Positions 45,732 to 54,684 of a stretch of 64,000 nt of DNA are shown here, one piece after another. This DNA comes from Bacillota bacterium (GTDB lineage Bacteria; Bacillota; Bacilli; Paenibacillales; JBEGSW01). The DNA is taken from contig JBEGSW010000056.1 in the NCBI GenBank assembly GCA_041179705.1, positions 1,796 through 65,795 of the forward strand, written 5' to 3'. Under the pieces are notes generated by a model, which saw nothing but the letters and a program-made list of their open reading frames with translations, did not search any database and had not been told where the DNA came from. Made by a program: the position numbers and the translations under genes. How positions within the stretch are numbered: position 1 is the first letter of the stretch; each line of letters begins with the position of its first letter.

Positions 45732-46901
45732 CTAGTCTCCTTTCACAAATCCAGACCGATCGAATGTAACGCCCGGTGAAACTTGCATCAGTTTATCGAA
45801 CATCTCCTGGGCTTTCTCATCTGCCATCGGTCGTGGGATTAAACCTTCATTATGAATTGGAACCATTTGAATTTCACAAGCCCCATACTTACACGTCGTC
45901 TTCAACACTGCTGAATTCCATGTTTCCGAGCTGCTCGGATTTGTTGTAAAGAGAAAATTGCCCATGCTATAGACGATCCATTTCCCCTTGTATTTTTCAA
46001 CAGATTGCAAGACGTGTGGATGACTACCCACAATTAAATCTGCGCCCGCATCAATATACTGATGTGCGAGTTCGACTTGCTGTTGGGTAGGTTTCATTTG
46101 CCGTTCAATTCCCCAATGTGGAAGGACGACAATAAGATCTGCAAATTTGCTCGCCTTTTGAATAGCAGTGATTGGTTTAGTCAAGTCGTAAGCATTTGCT
46201 ACGCCCGGTAAACCATTTGGATGGATCTGATTTGGATTCAGCGCTTTCCAGGATTGATTTGGAACAACCCGACTTAAGCCAATGAAAGCTATTTTGACAC
46301 CGTTGCGTTCTATAATTACTGGTTTATAGGCATCATCTTCTGTCTCCCCTGCACCAACAAATGCAATATCATTATTGGAGAGATGACGCATGGTGTCGAT
46401 TAAACCATCGACACCATAGTCTAAGATATGGTTATTCGCTAAGGTAACAAGATCAAATCCCGCTTTTCGAAATGCAGGTAATGCAAGCGGTGTAGATTGA
46501 TATGTATATTCTTTATATTGCGCCTGGCCTCGGTTTGTAATTGGAGTCTCCAGGTTGGCAATCGATATATCAGACTGAAGTAATTTCTCAACGTGGACAT
46601 AAGGATAGTCGTATCCATCAGTCTCCATGCGTGTCTTAACACGACCGGCAAAGATAACATCCCCGACAAATGACATCGTTACTTCTCCTGTTTCGGGCTT
46701 TAACGCTTCCGTTGGTGAAGGGTTAGGGCCGTTGGAAGTTAGAGAATGCCTAGTCGGTGAATCTTCTTTATTGAGATTTGCAAATAACAAAACACCAATC
46801 AAGACCGCGCCAATTCCGAACACAACGAATCGTGTTGGAAATTTTCGACGAGCTGGCTTACGTCTTTGTCTCATTGGTGTTTGTGTTTGATAATGCTCCA
46901 T
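45732..46901 (-). CDS. CapA-family (PGA_cap) metallophosphatase-like protein, membrane-anchored
   Basis: N-terminal TM helix, then SFVGDV, ANLETP, LANNHILDYG, PHWGIE, GSHPHV. Confidence 0.8.
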   Translation of the reverse strand: MEHYQTQTPMRQRRKPARRKFPTRFVVFGIGAVLIGVLLFANLNKEDSPTRHSLTSNGPNPSPTEALKPETGEVTMSFVGDVIFAGRVKTRMETDGYDYPYVHVEKLLQSDISIANLETPITNRGQAQYKEYTYQSTPLALPAFRKAGFDLVTLANNHILDYGVDGLIDTMRHLSNNDIAFVGAGETEDDAYKPVIIERNGVKIAFIGLSRVVPNQSWKALNPNQIHPNGLPGVANAYDLTKPITAIQKASKFADLIVVLPHWGIERQMKPTQQQVELAHQYIDAGADLIVGSHPHVLQSVEKYKGKWIVYSMGNFLFTTNPSSSETWNSAVLKTTCKYGACEIQMVPIHNEGLIPRPMADEKAQEMFDKLMQVSPGVTFDRSGFVKGD

Positions 46902-46907
46902 TGTGGG

Positions 46908-47603
46908 CTACTCCTTCTCGTTGTCTAGATGATCCTCCAAATAGTGCCCCATAGCCTCTGTCAATTCTTTCGCATCGCTAGTAATGCGATCAAATCGATT
47001 TTGGCGAATCGCTGATTTGTCGACGAGCGATCCCCCTATTCCAACCGCATAACAACCAATCTCCATAAAACGTTGAATGTTATCCGCATTCACACCACCA
47101 ACTGCCACCATCGGAATATGTGATAACGGTCCTTGTAATTCTTTAATATAAGCCATTCCAATTGAGGCACTTGGGAAAATTTTCACTGCAGGTGCACCGG
47201 CTTTCCAAGCCTTTACGATTTCTGTCGGCGTCAATGCACCTGGATAGATCGGTACGTTCTGCTCTAAGCAATAATGAATAACTGCCTCATCCATGTTCGG
47301 TGTGACAATAAAACCCGCCCCCGCTGCAATGGCTTTTTGAGCGTCTTCTAAATCCACGACAGTTCCAGCTCCTATCCACATCTGTTCCCCCATCTTGTCC
47401 TGCAAGAGGCGTATGGAATCAGTTGCTCCAGGTGTGTTCATTGTAATTTCCATGACACGAATGCCACCTTCAAAGAGGGCATCTGCAAGATTACGGATTT
47501 GTTTGGTCTCTACACCACGAACGATAACGATAATTCGGGTTTGATCAAGTAAGGTTAAACCGGATTTCGCATCCAACTTATTCACACTCCTTTTAAATAA
47601 CAT
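46908..47603 (-). CDS. eda: KHG/KDPG aldolase
   Basis: IVIVRG, IRVMEITMNTPGA, GAGTV, FIVTPN, VKIFPA-like (VKIFPS). It has a C-terminal extension of about 20 aa. Confidence 0.85.
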   Translation of the reverse strand: MLFKRSVNKLDAKSGLTLLDQTRIIVIVRGVETKQIRNLADALFEGGIRVMEITMNTPGATDSIRLLQDKMGEQMWIGAGTVVDLEDAQKAIAAGAGFIVTPNMDEAVIHYCLEQNVPIYPGALTPTEIVKAWKAGAPAVKIFPSASIGMAYIKELQGPLSHIPMVAVGGVNADNIQRFMEIGCYAVGIGGSLVDKSAIRQNRFDRITSDAKELTEAMGHYLEDHLDNEKE

Positions 47604-47647
47604 AAATGTTGTTCATCTTATTCGATAATTGAAGGGATAATCCTTGT

Positions 47648-47686
47648 AAAAAAGCGTAAAGATTACAAATTGTAACCTTTACGCCC
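47648..47686 (-). terminator. Rho-independent terminator
   Basis: GCGTAAAG pairs with CTTTACGC, with an inner TTACAA/TTGTAA pairing. The minus strand is followed by TTTTTT. Confidence 0.65.
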
Positions 47687-47700
47687 TAAATTAGCTCTAA

Positions 47701-48312
47701 TTAATATAAGGAATTGGGATCTGCGTGTCTTCTAGGTAAACGCCATCCTTGTTGCAAAGATAACATTCGCAAAATCACAATAATTACACTCAACGTGTAT
47801 TGTTCAATCGCATTGTCACCAAACCCAAAATAGACAGCAAAGCCTGCGAAAATCGCCCATACCGCGTAAATCTCATCTCGGAAAATCAATGGTTTGCGTG
47901 CAGCTAGTACATCACGTAGAACACCGCCTCCACAGCCTGTCAAGACAGCGGCTACCAATATTGCACTCAATGTATGATTCTTATCTGCCGCATAGACTGC
48001 CCCTTGTACAGCAAAGACTGCAAGGCCAATCGCATCTAAGAATGCCCATGGTTTAGAGAAAGTGAACCAAATATGTGGCAAGAAAAAGACCACGATACAA
48101 GCAGCAATCGCCAACATAAACATGGCTTGTTGTTCCCATAATAAAGAAATAGGTAAACCAACGAGTAAATTCCGTATCGCCCCACCACCAAATGCTGTCA
48201 TAAGGCCTAACACAAATACACCTAAGAGGTCATAGTGTTCTTCCATTGCAATAATTGCACCACTTACTGCAAACGCTATAATTCCAATTGCATTTAGAAT
48301 TTCCCATGCCAT
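47701..48312 (-). CDS. TRIC/UPF0126-family membrane protein
   Basis: Duplicated UPF0126 motif (AVSGAIIA...GGGAIRNLL and AVQGAVYA...GGGVLRDVL). ATG at 48312 after GAGGAG. Confidence 0.8.
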   Translation of the reverse strand: MAWEILNAIGIIAFAVSGAIIAMEEHYDLLGVFVLGLMTAFGGGAIRNLLVGLPISLLWEQQAMFMLAIAACIVVFFLPHIWFTFSKPWAFLDAIGLAVFAVQGAVYAADKNHTLSAILVAAVLTGCGGGVLRDVLAARKPLIFRDEIYAVWAIFAGFAVYFGFGDNAIEQYTLSVIIVILRMLSLQQGWRLPRRHADPNSLY

Positions 48313-48404
48313 AATTAGACACTCCTCGATTAATGTTGACAACCAATGATGATAAACGAATAATGAACATGTATCAAGAAGAATCTTCGCAAAGGCGGCA
48401 TTTC

Positions 48405-49589
48405 ATGAACTGGAAAGCAAACCTATTTGTGCTTTGGTTTGGGCAATTTATGGTCATGTTAGGGATGACAATGATCATTCCATTCATGCCCTACTATATT
48501 CAAGAAATGGGAATCACCGACCCGAAAGCCGTTACGGCCTGGGCCGGTGTTATTTTTGCCGGAAATTTTGTGACCGCTTTTTTATTTCAGCCGCTTTGGG
48601 GGAGTTTGTCCGACCGTTTTGGCAGAAAAATAATGATTTTACGTTCGGGATTCGGAATGGCACTTGTGATGGTCTTAATGGGTTTTGCCCAGTTACCATG
48701 GCAGTTGCTTGTTTTACGTTTGATAAATGGCACAATTTCAGGTTATACCCCTGCAGCAACTTCTTTGGTCGCAGCGAATACACCCAAAGAGAAACTTGGC
48801 TTTGCCATGGGCGTGCTTCAGTCTGGAACGGTAGCAGGTACAATTCTAGGTCCTCTAATTGGCGGTGGATTGTCAATTTGGGTCGGCTATCGCCCTATTT
48901 TTTATATTACCGCAGCATTGTTAGCAATGGCAGCGCTTCTCGCTATGCGATTTGTACATGAACAATTTGACCGACAACATGCGGCCGCTCAACCCAAACG
49001 TAGCATCCTGAATAATTGGCAAACGCTTCGTCCTTACCATCAACTTCAGTCTCTGTTCGGCGTTACATTTTTGATTCAGTTCGCATTATTTAGCACCATG
49101 CCATTGATGCCTGTTTTTGTGCAACAACTTCATGGTAATACGGCTGATTTAGCGTTATTTTCAGGCCTAGTTGCTGCGGCGACAGGAATTAGCAATATGA
49201 TTGCATCTCCATTACTTGGACGGCTTTCTGATCGAATTGGCCCTGTCTATATTCTTACAATTTGTTTGCTTGGTGCATCACTCACTTTCATACCCCATGC
49301 ATTTGTAACTAGCGTATGGCAATTACTTGCGCTTCGATTCGCGCTAGGTATTTTTATTGGCGGGCTGATCCCCTCCGTTAATGCTTTGCTCCGCCGAAAT
49401 GCGCCTGAAGGAATGGAAGGGGTCACATATAGTTTCAATACAAGCTTCTTATCCTTGGGGAATGTCATTGGCCCGATTTTGGGTGGTCTGCTTGCAGGTT
49501 TAATTTCAATTGAAGGTGTATTTGTGATTGCGTCTTTGCTTTTTATGCTCAATTTCATATGGGTAAGAAAATCTTTACAACGAACGTAA
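48405..49589 (+). CDS. MFS transporter (multidrug-efflux-like)
   Basis: 12 TM segments with MFS motif A GSLSDRFGRK. Start set at the ATG at 48405, because a TTGACA-17-AATAAT promoter (48337-48365) lies inside the ORF-track N-terminus. Confidence 0.78.
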   Translation: MNWKANLFVLWFGQFMVMLGMTMIIPFMPYYIQEMGITDPKAVTAWAGVIFAGNFVTAFLFQPLWGSLSDRFGRKIMILRSGFGMALVMVLMGFAQLPWQLLVLRLINGTISGYTPAATSLVAANTPKEKLGFAMGVLQSGTVAGTILGPLIGGGLSIWVGYRPIFYITAALLAMAALLAMRFVHEQFDRQHAAAQPKRSILNNWQTLRPYHQLQSLFGVTFLIQFALFSTMPLMPVFVQQLHGNTADLALFSGLVAAATGISNMIASPLLGRLSDRIGPVYILTICLLGASLTFIPHAFVTSVWQLLALRFALGIFIGGLIPSVNALLRRNAPEGMEGVTYSFNTSFLSLGNVIGPILGGLLAGLISIEGVFVIASLLFMLNFIWVRKSLQRT

Positions 49590-49592
49590 ATA

Positions 49593-49637
49593 AAAAAACC
49601 GCATGGCCCTCGAAGTTGGGCATGCGGTTTATTTTTT
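49593..49637. terminator. Bidirectional terminator
   Basis: AAACCGCATG(G)CCC pairs with GGGCATGCGGTTT, flanked by A- and T-runs. Confidence 0.75.
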
Positions 49638-49856
49638 GATGTATTTGGATGCTTTTTCAATGGCATCATCTTCTGTTGTCCCCGTTACATAGCGACCATT
49701 TATAAATATAAATGCTGCCCTTGCGCAAGGCCCACAGTAGGATTTACACCCCACCTTGATGTCAGCACTTGGATCAAGTTTCTGTAATTTAGGTAATATC
49801 GTCTTCACTTTCATATGTTTGCATTTATCACAAATCCGAATATCATTGACTGCCAT
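49629..49856 (-). CDS. DUF1450-like small Cys-rich protein
   Basis: CDKC...GCKSYCGPC...FINGRYV resembles the YuzB/DUF1450 pattern. ATG at 49856 after GAAGGAG. Confidence 0.5.
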   Translation of the reverse strand: MAVNDIRICDKCKHMKVKTILPKLQKLDPSADIKVGCKSYCGPCARAAFIFINGRYVTGTTEDDAIEKASKYIKK

Positions 49857-49867
49857 TGCTAACTCCT

Positions 49868-50674
49868 TCAACTTTCACAATTTAATAAAATGAATTTCTT
49901 TAATAACACTCTAAATCGCTGACAGATATCAGGGAAATCAGAGAGCGGTAATGGATTTCTACCCATCCCTACCTCAACCGTGAAGCCTGGACGCGCATAT
50001 TCTTGAATGAACCAATCCTTAAATCCCGCGTCACTATTTGATAGTGCGACTGACGCGTAACCACTAACAGTCGCCAAATGCGATGCCCATTCTGCGGATT
50101 TTACAGGTTCATATCCTCGATAGTTCCAATAAATCTCTTCACCTTGCGAATGAACAGACATCACACTCTGATAGTCAGATTGTCGAACGAGCCTTACTAG
50201 AGCCTGCGCTTCAGGCTCACTTAGTGGCAAATCACCCGCAAAATCTTGTGAACTTGGTTGGTAAATTTGTCGCCGATTTTTTTCCACAAGCCAACCGGCT
50301 GGAAATTGGTCATTTAGATCAACACCATTGGCATTTGCTTTCCAATCTGTCCGACCGTCGAGACACAAATTCGCACCATCTGGATTAACCATCGGAACAA
50401 CATCAATCGTACATCGCTTGAACAAGTCAATATGTGCTAGTTCCAATAAATAAGTTAACCCATCCCACAAAACCCAGGATGTTAACCATTCATTCGCATG
50501 AACACATGCATTAATGTGAACCGTTCGAGGACCATTCCCAACACGTACCAGCCATAAAGGTTCCTCTAATACTGAGTTACCGATTTGCATCAACTGGCAT
50601 CGCTCATCACGTAAACACTGGTCAATCACAACTTGGGTCATTGCTGTAGAACCGAACGCTTCGTGTTGGAACAT
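49868..50674 (-). CDS. M14-family zinc carboxypeptidase (gamma-D-glutamyl-diamino acid peptidase-like)
   Basis: HINACVHANEWLTS (HxxE zinc site) and VHSQGEEIYW (second His). Confidence 0.75.
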   Translation of the reverse strand: MFQHEAFGSTAMTQVVIDQCLRDERCQLMQIGNSVLEEPLWLVRVGNGPRTVHINACVHANEWLTSWVLWDGLTYLLELAHIDLFKRCTIDVVPMVNPDGANLCLDGRTDWKANANGVDLNDQFPAGWLVEKNRRQIYQPSSQDFAGDLPLSEPEAQALVRLVRQSDYQSVMSVHSQGEEIYWNYRGYEPVKSAEWASHLATVSGYASVALSNSDAGFKDWFIQEYARPGFTVEVGMGRNPLPLSDFPDICQRFRVLLKKFILLNCES

Positions 50675-50697
50675 ACACTCCCTCCTAGATGGTTAAA

Positions 50698-51504
50698 CTA
50701 AGAAGTTGTCTTTTCCCAGATCATTCGTTCGACTTCAATCTTGCGTGCTAACCAACGTTCCGCAATTTGTTGGAACAACTGAGGCTCCCCACTACAAACA
50801 AATTTATGCTGTGGAGGTGTTGTTGCCTTTGCCAATTCCCCGCGATGATACAAGATTGCACTGACTTCGCGTGCCGTCTCTTCTGCAGAATTAATTAATT
50901 CCACATTCGGTCCCATTACTTTTGCGATTGTCTCAGTTAAGAATGGATAATGCGTACATCCCAATATTAAACTGTCCAGTCCATCAATTTGAATAGGGCG
51001 CAATGATTCGCGAACAATTTCAATAACTTCTTCGTTCTCCTCTATGCCACTTTCGACAATTGGAACGAATTTCGGACATGCCTGACTCGTCACTTGAATA
51101 TGCGGTGCAATCTCTTTTAGTGCTTTATCGTAGGCCTGGCTCTTTACAGTTCCTTCTGTGCCGATAATTCCTACTCGCTTCGTCTTCGTATTTTTAATTG
51201 CTGCTCTTACGCCAGGATGAATGACACCAACTACCGGAATATCAACACTTCGACGAATTTCATCAAGTGCAACAGCTGTTGCTGTATTACATGCTATAAC
51301 AATCATCTTTGGCTTAAATTGTAATAAATAATGTACGATTTCTTTCGTAAATCGCATAACTTCCTCAGCTGGTCTGGGGCCAAAAGGTGATCGCTCAGAG
51401 TCCCCAAAATAAATAATAGATTCTTGAGGCAATTGACGCATCACTTCACGCGCAACCGTTAATCCACCTACTCCTGAATCCAAAATTGCAATTGCTTGTT
51501 GCAC
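50698..51504 (-). CDS. murI: Glutamate racemase
   Basis: ILDSGVGGLTV, IACNTATA (Cys1), LGCTHYPF (Cys2). Confidence 0.92.
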   Translation of the reverse strand: MQQAIAILDSGVGGLTVAREVMRQLPQESIIYFGDSERSPFGPRPAEEVMRFTKEIVHYLLQFKPKMIVIACNTATAVALDEIRRSVDIPVVGVIHPGVRAAIKNTKTKRVGIIGTEGTVKSQAYDKALKEIAPHIQVTSQACPKFVPIVESGIEENEEVIEIVRESLRPIQIDGLDSLILGCTHYPFLTETIAKVMGPNVELINSAEETAREVSAILYHRGELAKATTPPQHKFVCSGEPQLFQQIAERWLARKIEVERMIWEKTTS

Positions 51505-51520
51505 TTGTTCACCGCATCCT

Positions 51521-51970
51521 TTACGTATGGGTTTGCTTTACTGTCCATCTTATCATAAGTTGAATCACAAAAATAAGAGAAAATGCGATAAATGCCAGCA
51601 TCGGAATTGTGATCACGCCAAACCAATTTAAATAATCTACATTACACGGAATGAGTCCACACGATTTCCCAACCTCAGACAGCGCGGGTACTTTTTGTAA
51701 TAAGTAATGATAGGCTGCGAGACCCATTCCAATTGCAGATAATGGGATTATATAAATTGTTTGTTTGAGATCTTTCCTGACAGATGCAATACCTAAAAGT
51801 ATGACTAACGGATACATGAATATGCGTTGATACCAACAAAATTCACAAGGAATAAATCCAAGTACTTCTGATAAATATAAACTCCCTGTGGTTGCGACCA
51901 ATGCAATCATAAAACTTGTATACATCCCTTGCTCCATAATAAAACGTTGCAGCCGACCCACTTTGCTCAT
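51521..51970 (-). CDS. bdbC: Disulfide bond formation protein (BdbC/DsbB family)
   Basis: CEFCWYQRIFMYP (CxxC) and SCGLIPC (second Cys pair), 4 TM segments. Confidence 0.85.
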   Translation of the reverse strand: MSKVGRLQRFIMEQGMYTSFMIALVATTGSLYLSEVLGFIPCEFCWYQRIFMYPLVILLGIASVRKDLKQTIYIIPLSAIGMGLAAYHYLLQKVPALSEVGKSCGLIPCNVDYLNWFGVITIPMLAFIAFSLIFVIQLMIRWTVKQTHT

Positions 51971-51986
51971 CCTTTCTATCCATCAT

Positions 51987-52035
51987 AAGAAAAGCGATTC
52001 AGTTGAACGAATAATCCGCCCGTACTGAATCGCTT
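51987..52035 (-). terminator. Terminator-like hairpin after ytxH-like gene
   Basis: AAGCGATTCAGT pairs with ACTGAATCGCTT. The minus strand is followed by TTCTT, a weak U-tract. Confidence 0.5.
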
Positions 52036-52055
52036 ACGATTTATCTTATTCGATC

Positions 52056-52427
52056 TTACTCAGCGTCAACTGTTACTTCTTCAACAGAGGACTTTCGGGA
52101 TTCTCTCCAAGATTTTACATCTTCAACGACACTATTCGTTACATCTTTTGCTTTAGTTGCTAAGTCTGTTCCTACGTCTTTCGCCTTTGTCGCCCAGTCT
52201 GCACTTACTTCTTTTACTTGACCAGCGATAACTTGGGAACGTTGGCTAATCTCACCAGCAAGATCGGTTGTCTTATCAGCAACAACACGATACCCTTCAC
52301 CAATATCTTCACGAAGTTCTCGTCCGGATTTAGGAGCAAGCAACAATGCAGCTGCTGCACCAATTAATCCCCCTACAACTGCACCTAATAAAAAATCTTT
52401 TCCATTCATGTTGTTATTTTCCGCCAT
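52056..52427 (-). CDS. YtxH-domain general stress protein
   Basis: GKDFLLGAVVGGLIGAAAALLLAPKSGRELR is the YtxH signature, followed by repeated ATKAKDV coiled segments. Confidence 0.8.
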   Translation of the reverse strand: MAENNNMNGKDFLLGAVVGGLIGAAAALLLAPKSGRELREDIGEGYRVVADKTTDLAGEISQRSQVIAGQVKEVSADWATKAKDVGTDLATKAKDVTNSVVEDVKSWRESRKSSVEEVTVDAE

Positions 52428-52431
52428 TGTC

Positions 52432-52773
52432 TTACTCCCCTTTTCTTTGTTGTTTTTTTCCTTTAAACATAAGCCAATAATTCAGGCCTAGTTTGCTCAA
52501 TTTAGCCACGGAAATAAGTGGGTTCAAGACTTGCAACTTCTCTTGAACAGATTCCGTGATGGCAACACCTTGATCAACGATACCATTTGCTTTACGAAGT
52601 AACTCGAGTGTTTCTTTGTTCACTTCGTTCATTTGATTCTGCAAAGCAAATACGGTCTCATCAATTCTTTGGAGCGAAGCTTTAGCTGCACGTAATGTGA
52701 TAATTGCGTAAACAACAAAAACTGCAAAAAATAGTGCAATTGCGAAGATACTCCATTCCAACATGTGCTCCAA
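52432..52773 (-). CDS. DUF948-domain membrane protein (YtxG-like)
   Basis: An N-terminal TM helix followed by a coiled-coil; sits immediately upstream of the YtxH gene, as in Bacillus ytxGH. Confidence 0.7.
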   Translation of the reverse strand: MEHMLEWSIFAIALFFAVFVVYAIITLRAAKASLQRIDETVFALQNQMNEVNKETLELLRKANGIVDQGVAITESVQEKLQVLNPLISVAKLSKLGLNYWLMFKGKKQQRKGE

Positions 52774-52913
52774 TCACCGTCCAATCAAAATAAAAAAGAG
52801 TTATTTACAATGTAAGTATATCACAGCCGAATTGACACTGATATCTGAAAAATGACAAAAAAAGTGAAATTCTCAGAAAATTTATTCCCGAGAATCCCAC
52901 CTTTTTGTTTGAA

Positions 52914-53354
52914 TTAAATTGGTCTAGCTAAAAAATCTTCAACAGAAGCTGCGAAGTCCCGCAATACCTGCTCCAAGCCAATCATCAATTCATGTTGTCT
53001 CCCACGTGGGAACTCCAAAAACTGCTGTTGAAGCGACTTCCTCAATTGAACCAGTTGAAATAACTTCGTCGCCAACGCATGATCAACGACCGTCTCGTCT
53101 AACATGATTTCAACGATATCTTCATAACTGCCTGCATCGCGCATGATATAGCCATCAATCAAATAACTAGCCACATCTGTTACGAGTTCAATCGCAAGTT
53201 GAAGTAATCGTTCTTGGGCAAAATCAGCCACAGCACCAGTTTCTACATTATTCCATGCATGTCCATCTTGGAGTTGGCGAAAAGCCACGCTCCATGGCTC
53301 TATAAATTGTAAGCGTGCTCGAATTTCATTCGTGTTAATATCGTACACAATCAA
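52914..53354 (-). CDS. DUF86-family protein (YutE-like)
   Basis: IDGYIMRDAGSYEDIVEIMLDETVV is near-identical in pattern to remembered B. subtilis YutE (IDGFIMRDPGSYDDIMDILVDEKVV). Confidence 0.7.
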   Translation of the reverse strand: MIVYDINTNEIRARLQFIEPWSVAFRQLQDGHAWNNVETGAVADFAQERLLQLAIELVTDVASYLIDGYIMRDAGSYEDIVEIMLDETVVDHALATKLFQLVQLRKSLQQQFLEFPRGRQHELMIGLEQVLRDFAASVEDFLARPI

Positions 53355-53371
53355 GCCTCCAAATGCATGAA

Positions 53372-54292
53372 TTACTTCTTATTTAAACTCTTCGTAATCT
53401 TTGCTTTCGCATTTAATTCTTCTACAAAAGCAGGTGCAGCGTCATTTAATTTCGTTGCACGAAGTGTTTCTTCAATTTCTGCTTTTTTCTCAGCTAGTGT
53501 CCACTGACTTGGCACATCAGTTACCTTAATGATGTGATAGCCAAATTCAGATTTAACAATACCACTAACTTCATCCTTCTTTAATGCAAATGCAGCTGTA
53601 GAGAATTCTTTAACCATATCTGCAGCTGTGAAATAACCTAAATCGCCACCAGCTGACGCAGAACCGTCTTTCGATACACCTTTGGCTACATCAGCAAATG
53701 CAATTCCATCTTTCAAGTCGGCTAATGCTTCCTTCGCTGCTGCTTCAGTATCAACAAGGATGTGTGAGGCACGAATTTCGCCCGCATCAACTTTTTCTTT
53801 CTTTTGTGTTTCAAATTCCGTCTTTAATTCAGCATCCGTAATCGTAATTTTAGATTTAAGTAATTTTTCTAATAAAACTTGTGTCTTTAGTTGCTTCTCC
53901 AAATCAGAAAGTTCCATATTATACTGCGCAAGACTATCTTTAAAGGCTGCATCATCTGCAAATTGTGATTTGATTTTTTTGATTTCAGCGTTTAATTCTT
54001 TTTCGGAAACAGTGACTTTCTGCTTCGTTGCTTCTTGTTCAATAAGAACTTGATTAATCATTTGTGTTAATGAATCAGTTCCATATTGTTGTTTCATGTT
54101 CGTGTAAAGTTGACCTTGTGTGATTTTTTCACCGTTGATGGTTGCTACTGTTTGTTTAGATTCTGCATTTACATTGCTAACAACGATTGTTGTTACAAGT
54201 GCAGCAGCAAGAACGCCTGATACAACCCAAGGTAAGTTTGCTTTGAAGTTAAATTTCTTTTTTTCATCCTGAACTACATGCTGTTCGCTCAT
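53372..54292 (-). CDS. Parvulin-type peptidyl-prolyl isomerase (PrsA/SurA-like), TM-anchored
   Basis: N-terminal TM helix with no lipobox Cys, a SurA_N-like helical region, and a parvulin core (RASHILV...GGDLGYF...GYHIIKV). ATG at 54292 after AAGGAG. Confidence 0.8.
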   Translation of the reverse strand: MSEQHVVQDEKKKFNFKANLPWVVSGVLAAALVTTIVVSNVNAESKQTVATINGEKITQGQLYTNMKQQYGTDSLTQMINQVLIEQEATKQKVTVSEKELNAEIKKIKSQFADDAAFKDSLAQYNMELSDLEKQLKTQVLLEKLLKSKITITDAELKTEFETQKKEKVDAGEIRASHILVDTEAAAKEALADLKDGIAFADVAKGVSKDGSASAGGDLGYFTAADMVKEFSTAAFALKKDEVSGIVKSEFGYHIIKVTDVPSQWTLAEKKAEIEETLRATKLNDAAPAFVEELNAKAKITKSLNKK

Positions 54293-54379
54293 TATTCGTC
54301 TCCTTAACAATCATCATTTAGCAATACATTGTTCAATATACCAAACTTAAACAATTATCTCATTAAATTTATATTAATT

Positions 54380-54661
54380 TTAAACCCACTCTATTTTATT
54401 GATTAATCTATATTTAAATAAGGCAATCATGAAATCCACATAGAAGTCTTTTCGAACTACGACTTTATATTCTTGATTTTCGTAAGCGTAAATAAATACA
54501 TCAGTAAGTATATTATTCTCATCAAAATAATTACTAATCGCTTCCATTCCAGCTATTTTACCCGGATCTAAAATTCGAATAAAAATCTCAATATCAATCT
54601 CATTATTTTCATTACGTTGAATATCTATTTCATTTTTATTCCAATCATAAAAAATCACCAT
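54380..54661 (-). CDS. Orphan hypothetical protein in a markedly AT-rich islet
   Basis: MVIFYDWNKNEIDIQRNENNEIDIEIFIRILDPGK... has AGGAG upstream of the ATG at 54661. Asn/Ile/Glu-rich, with no family recognised. Confidence 0.4.
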   Translation of the reverse strand: MVIFYDWNKNEIDIQRNENNEIDIEIFIRILDPGKIAGMEAISNYFDENNILTDVFIYAYENQEYKVVVRKDFYVDFMIALFKYRLINKIEWV

Positions 54662-54684
54662 ACACATTTCTCCTTTTTTTTAAT

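Noticed and set aside
52774-52913. Looked for a sigma-B promoter (GTTTAA-N12-14-GGGTAT) upstream of the ytxG/ytxH-like stress genes
   Set aside because: No convincing match. Only a sigma-A-like extended -10 element (TGATATACT) is visible, so no sigma-B call is made.
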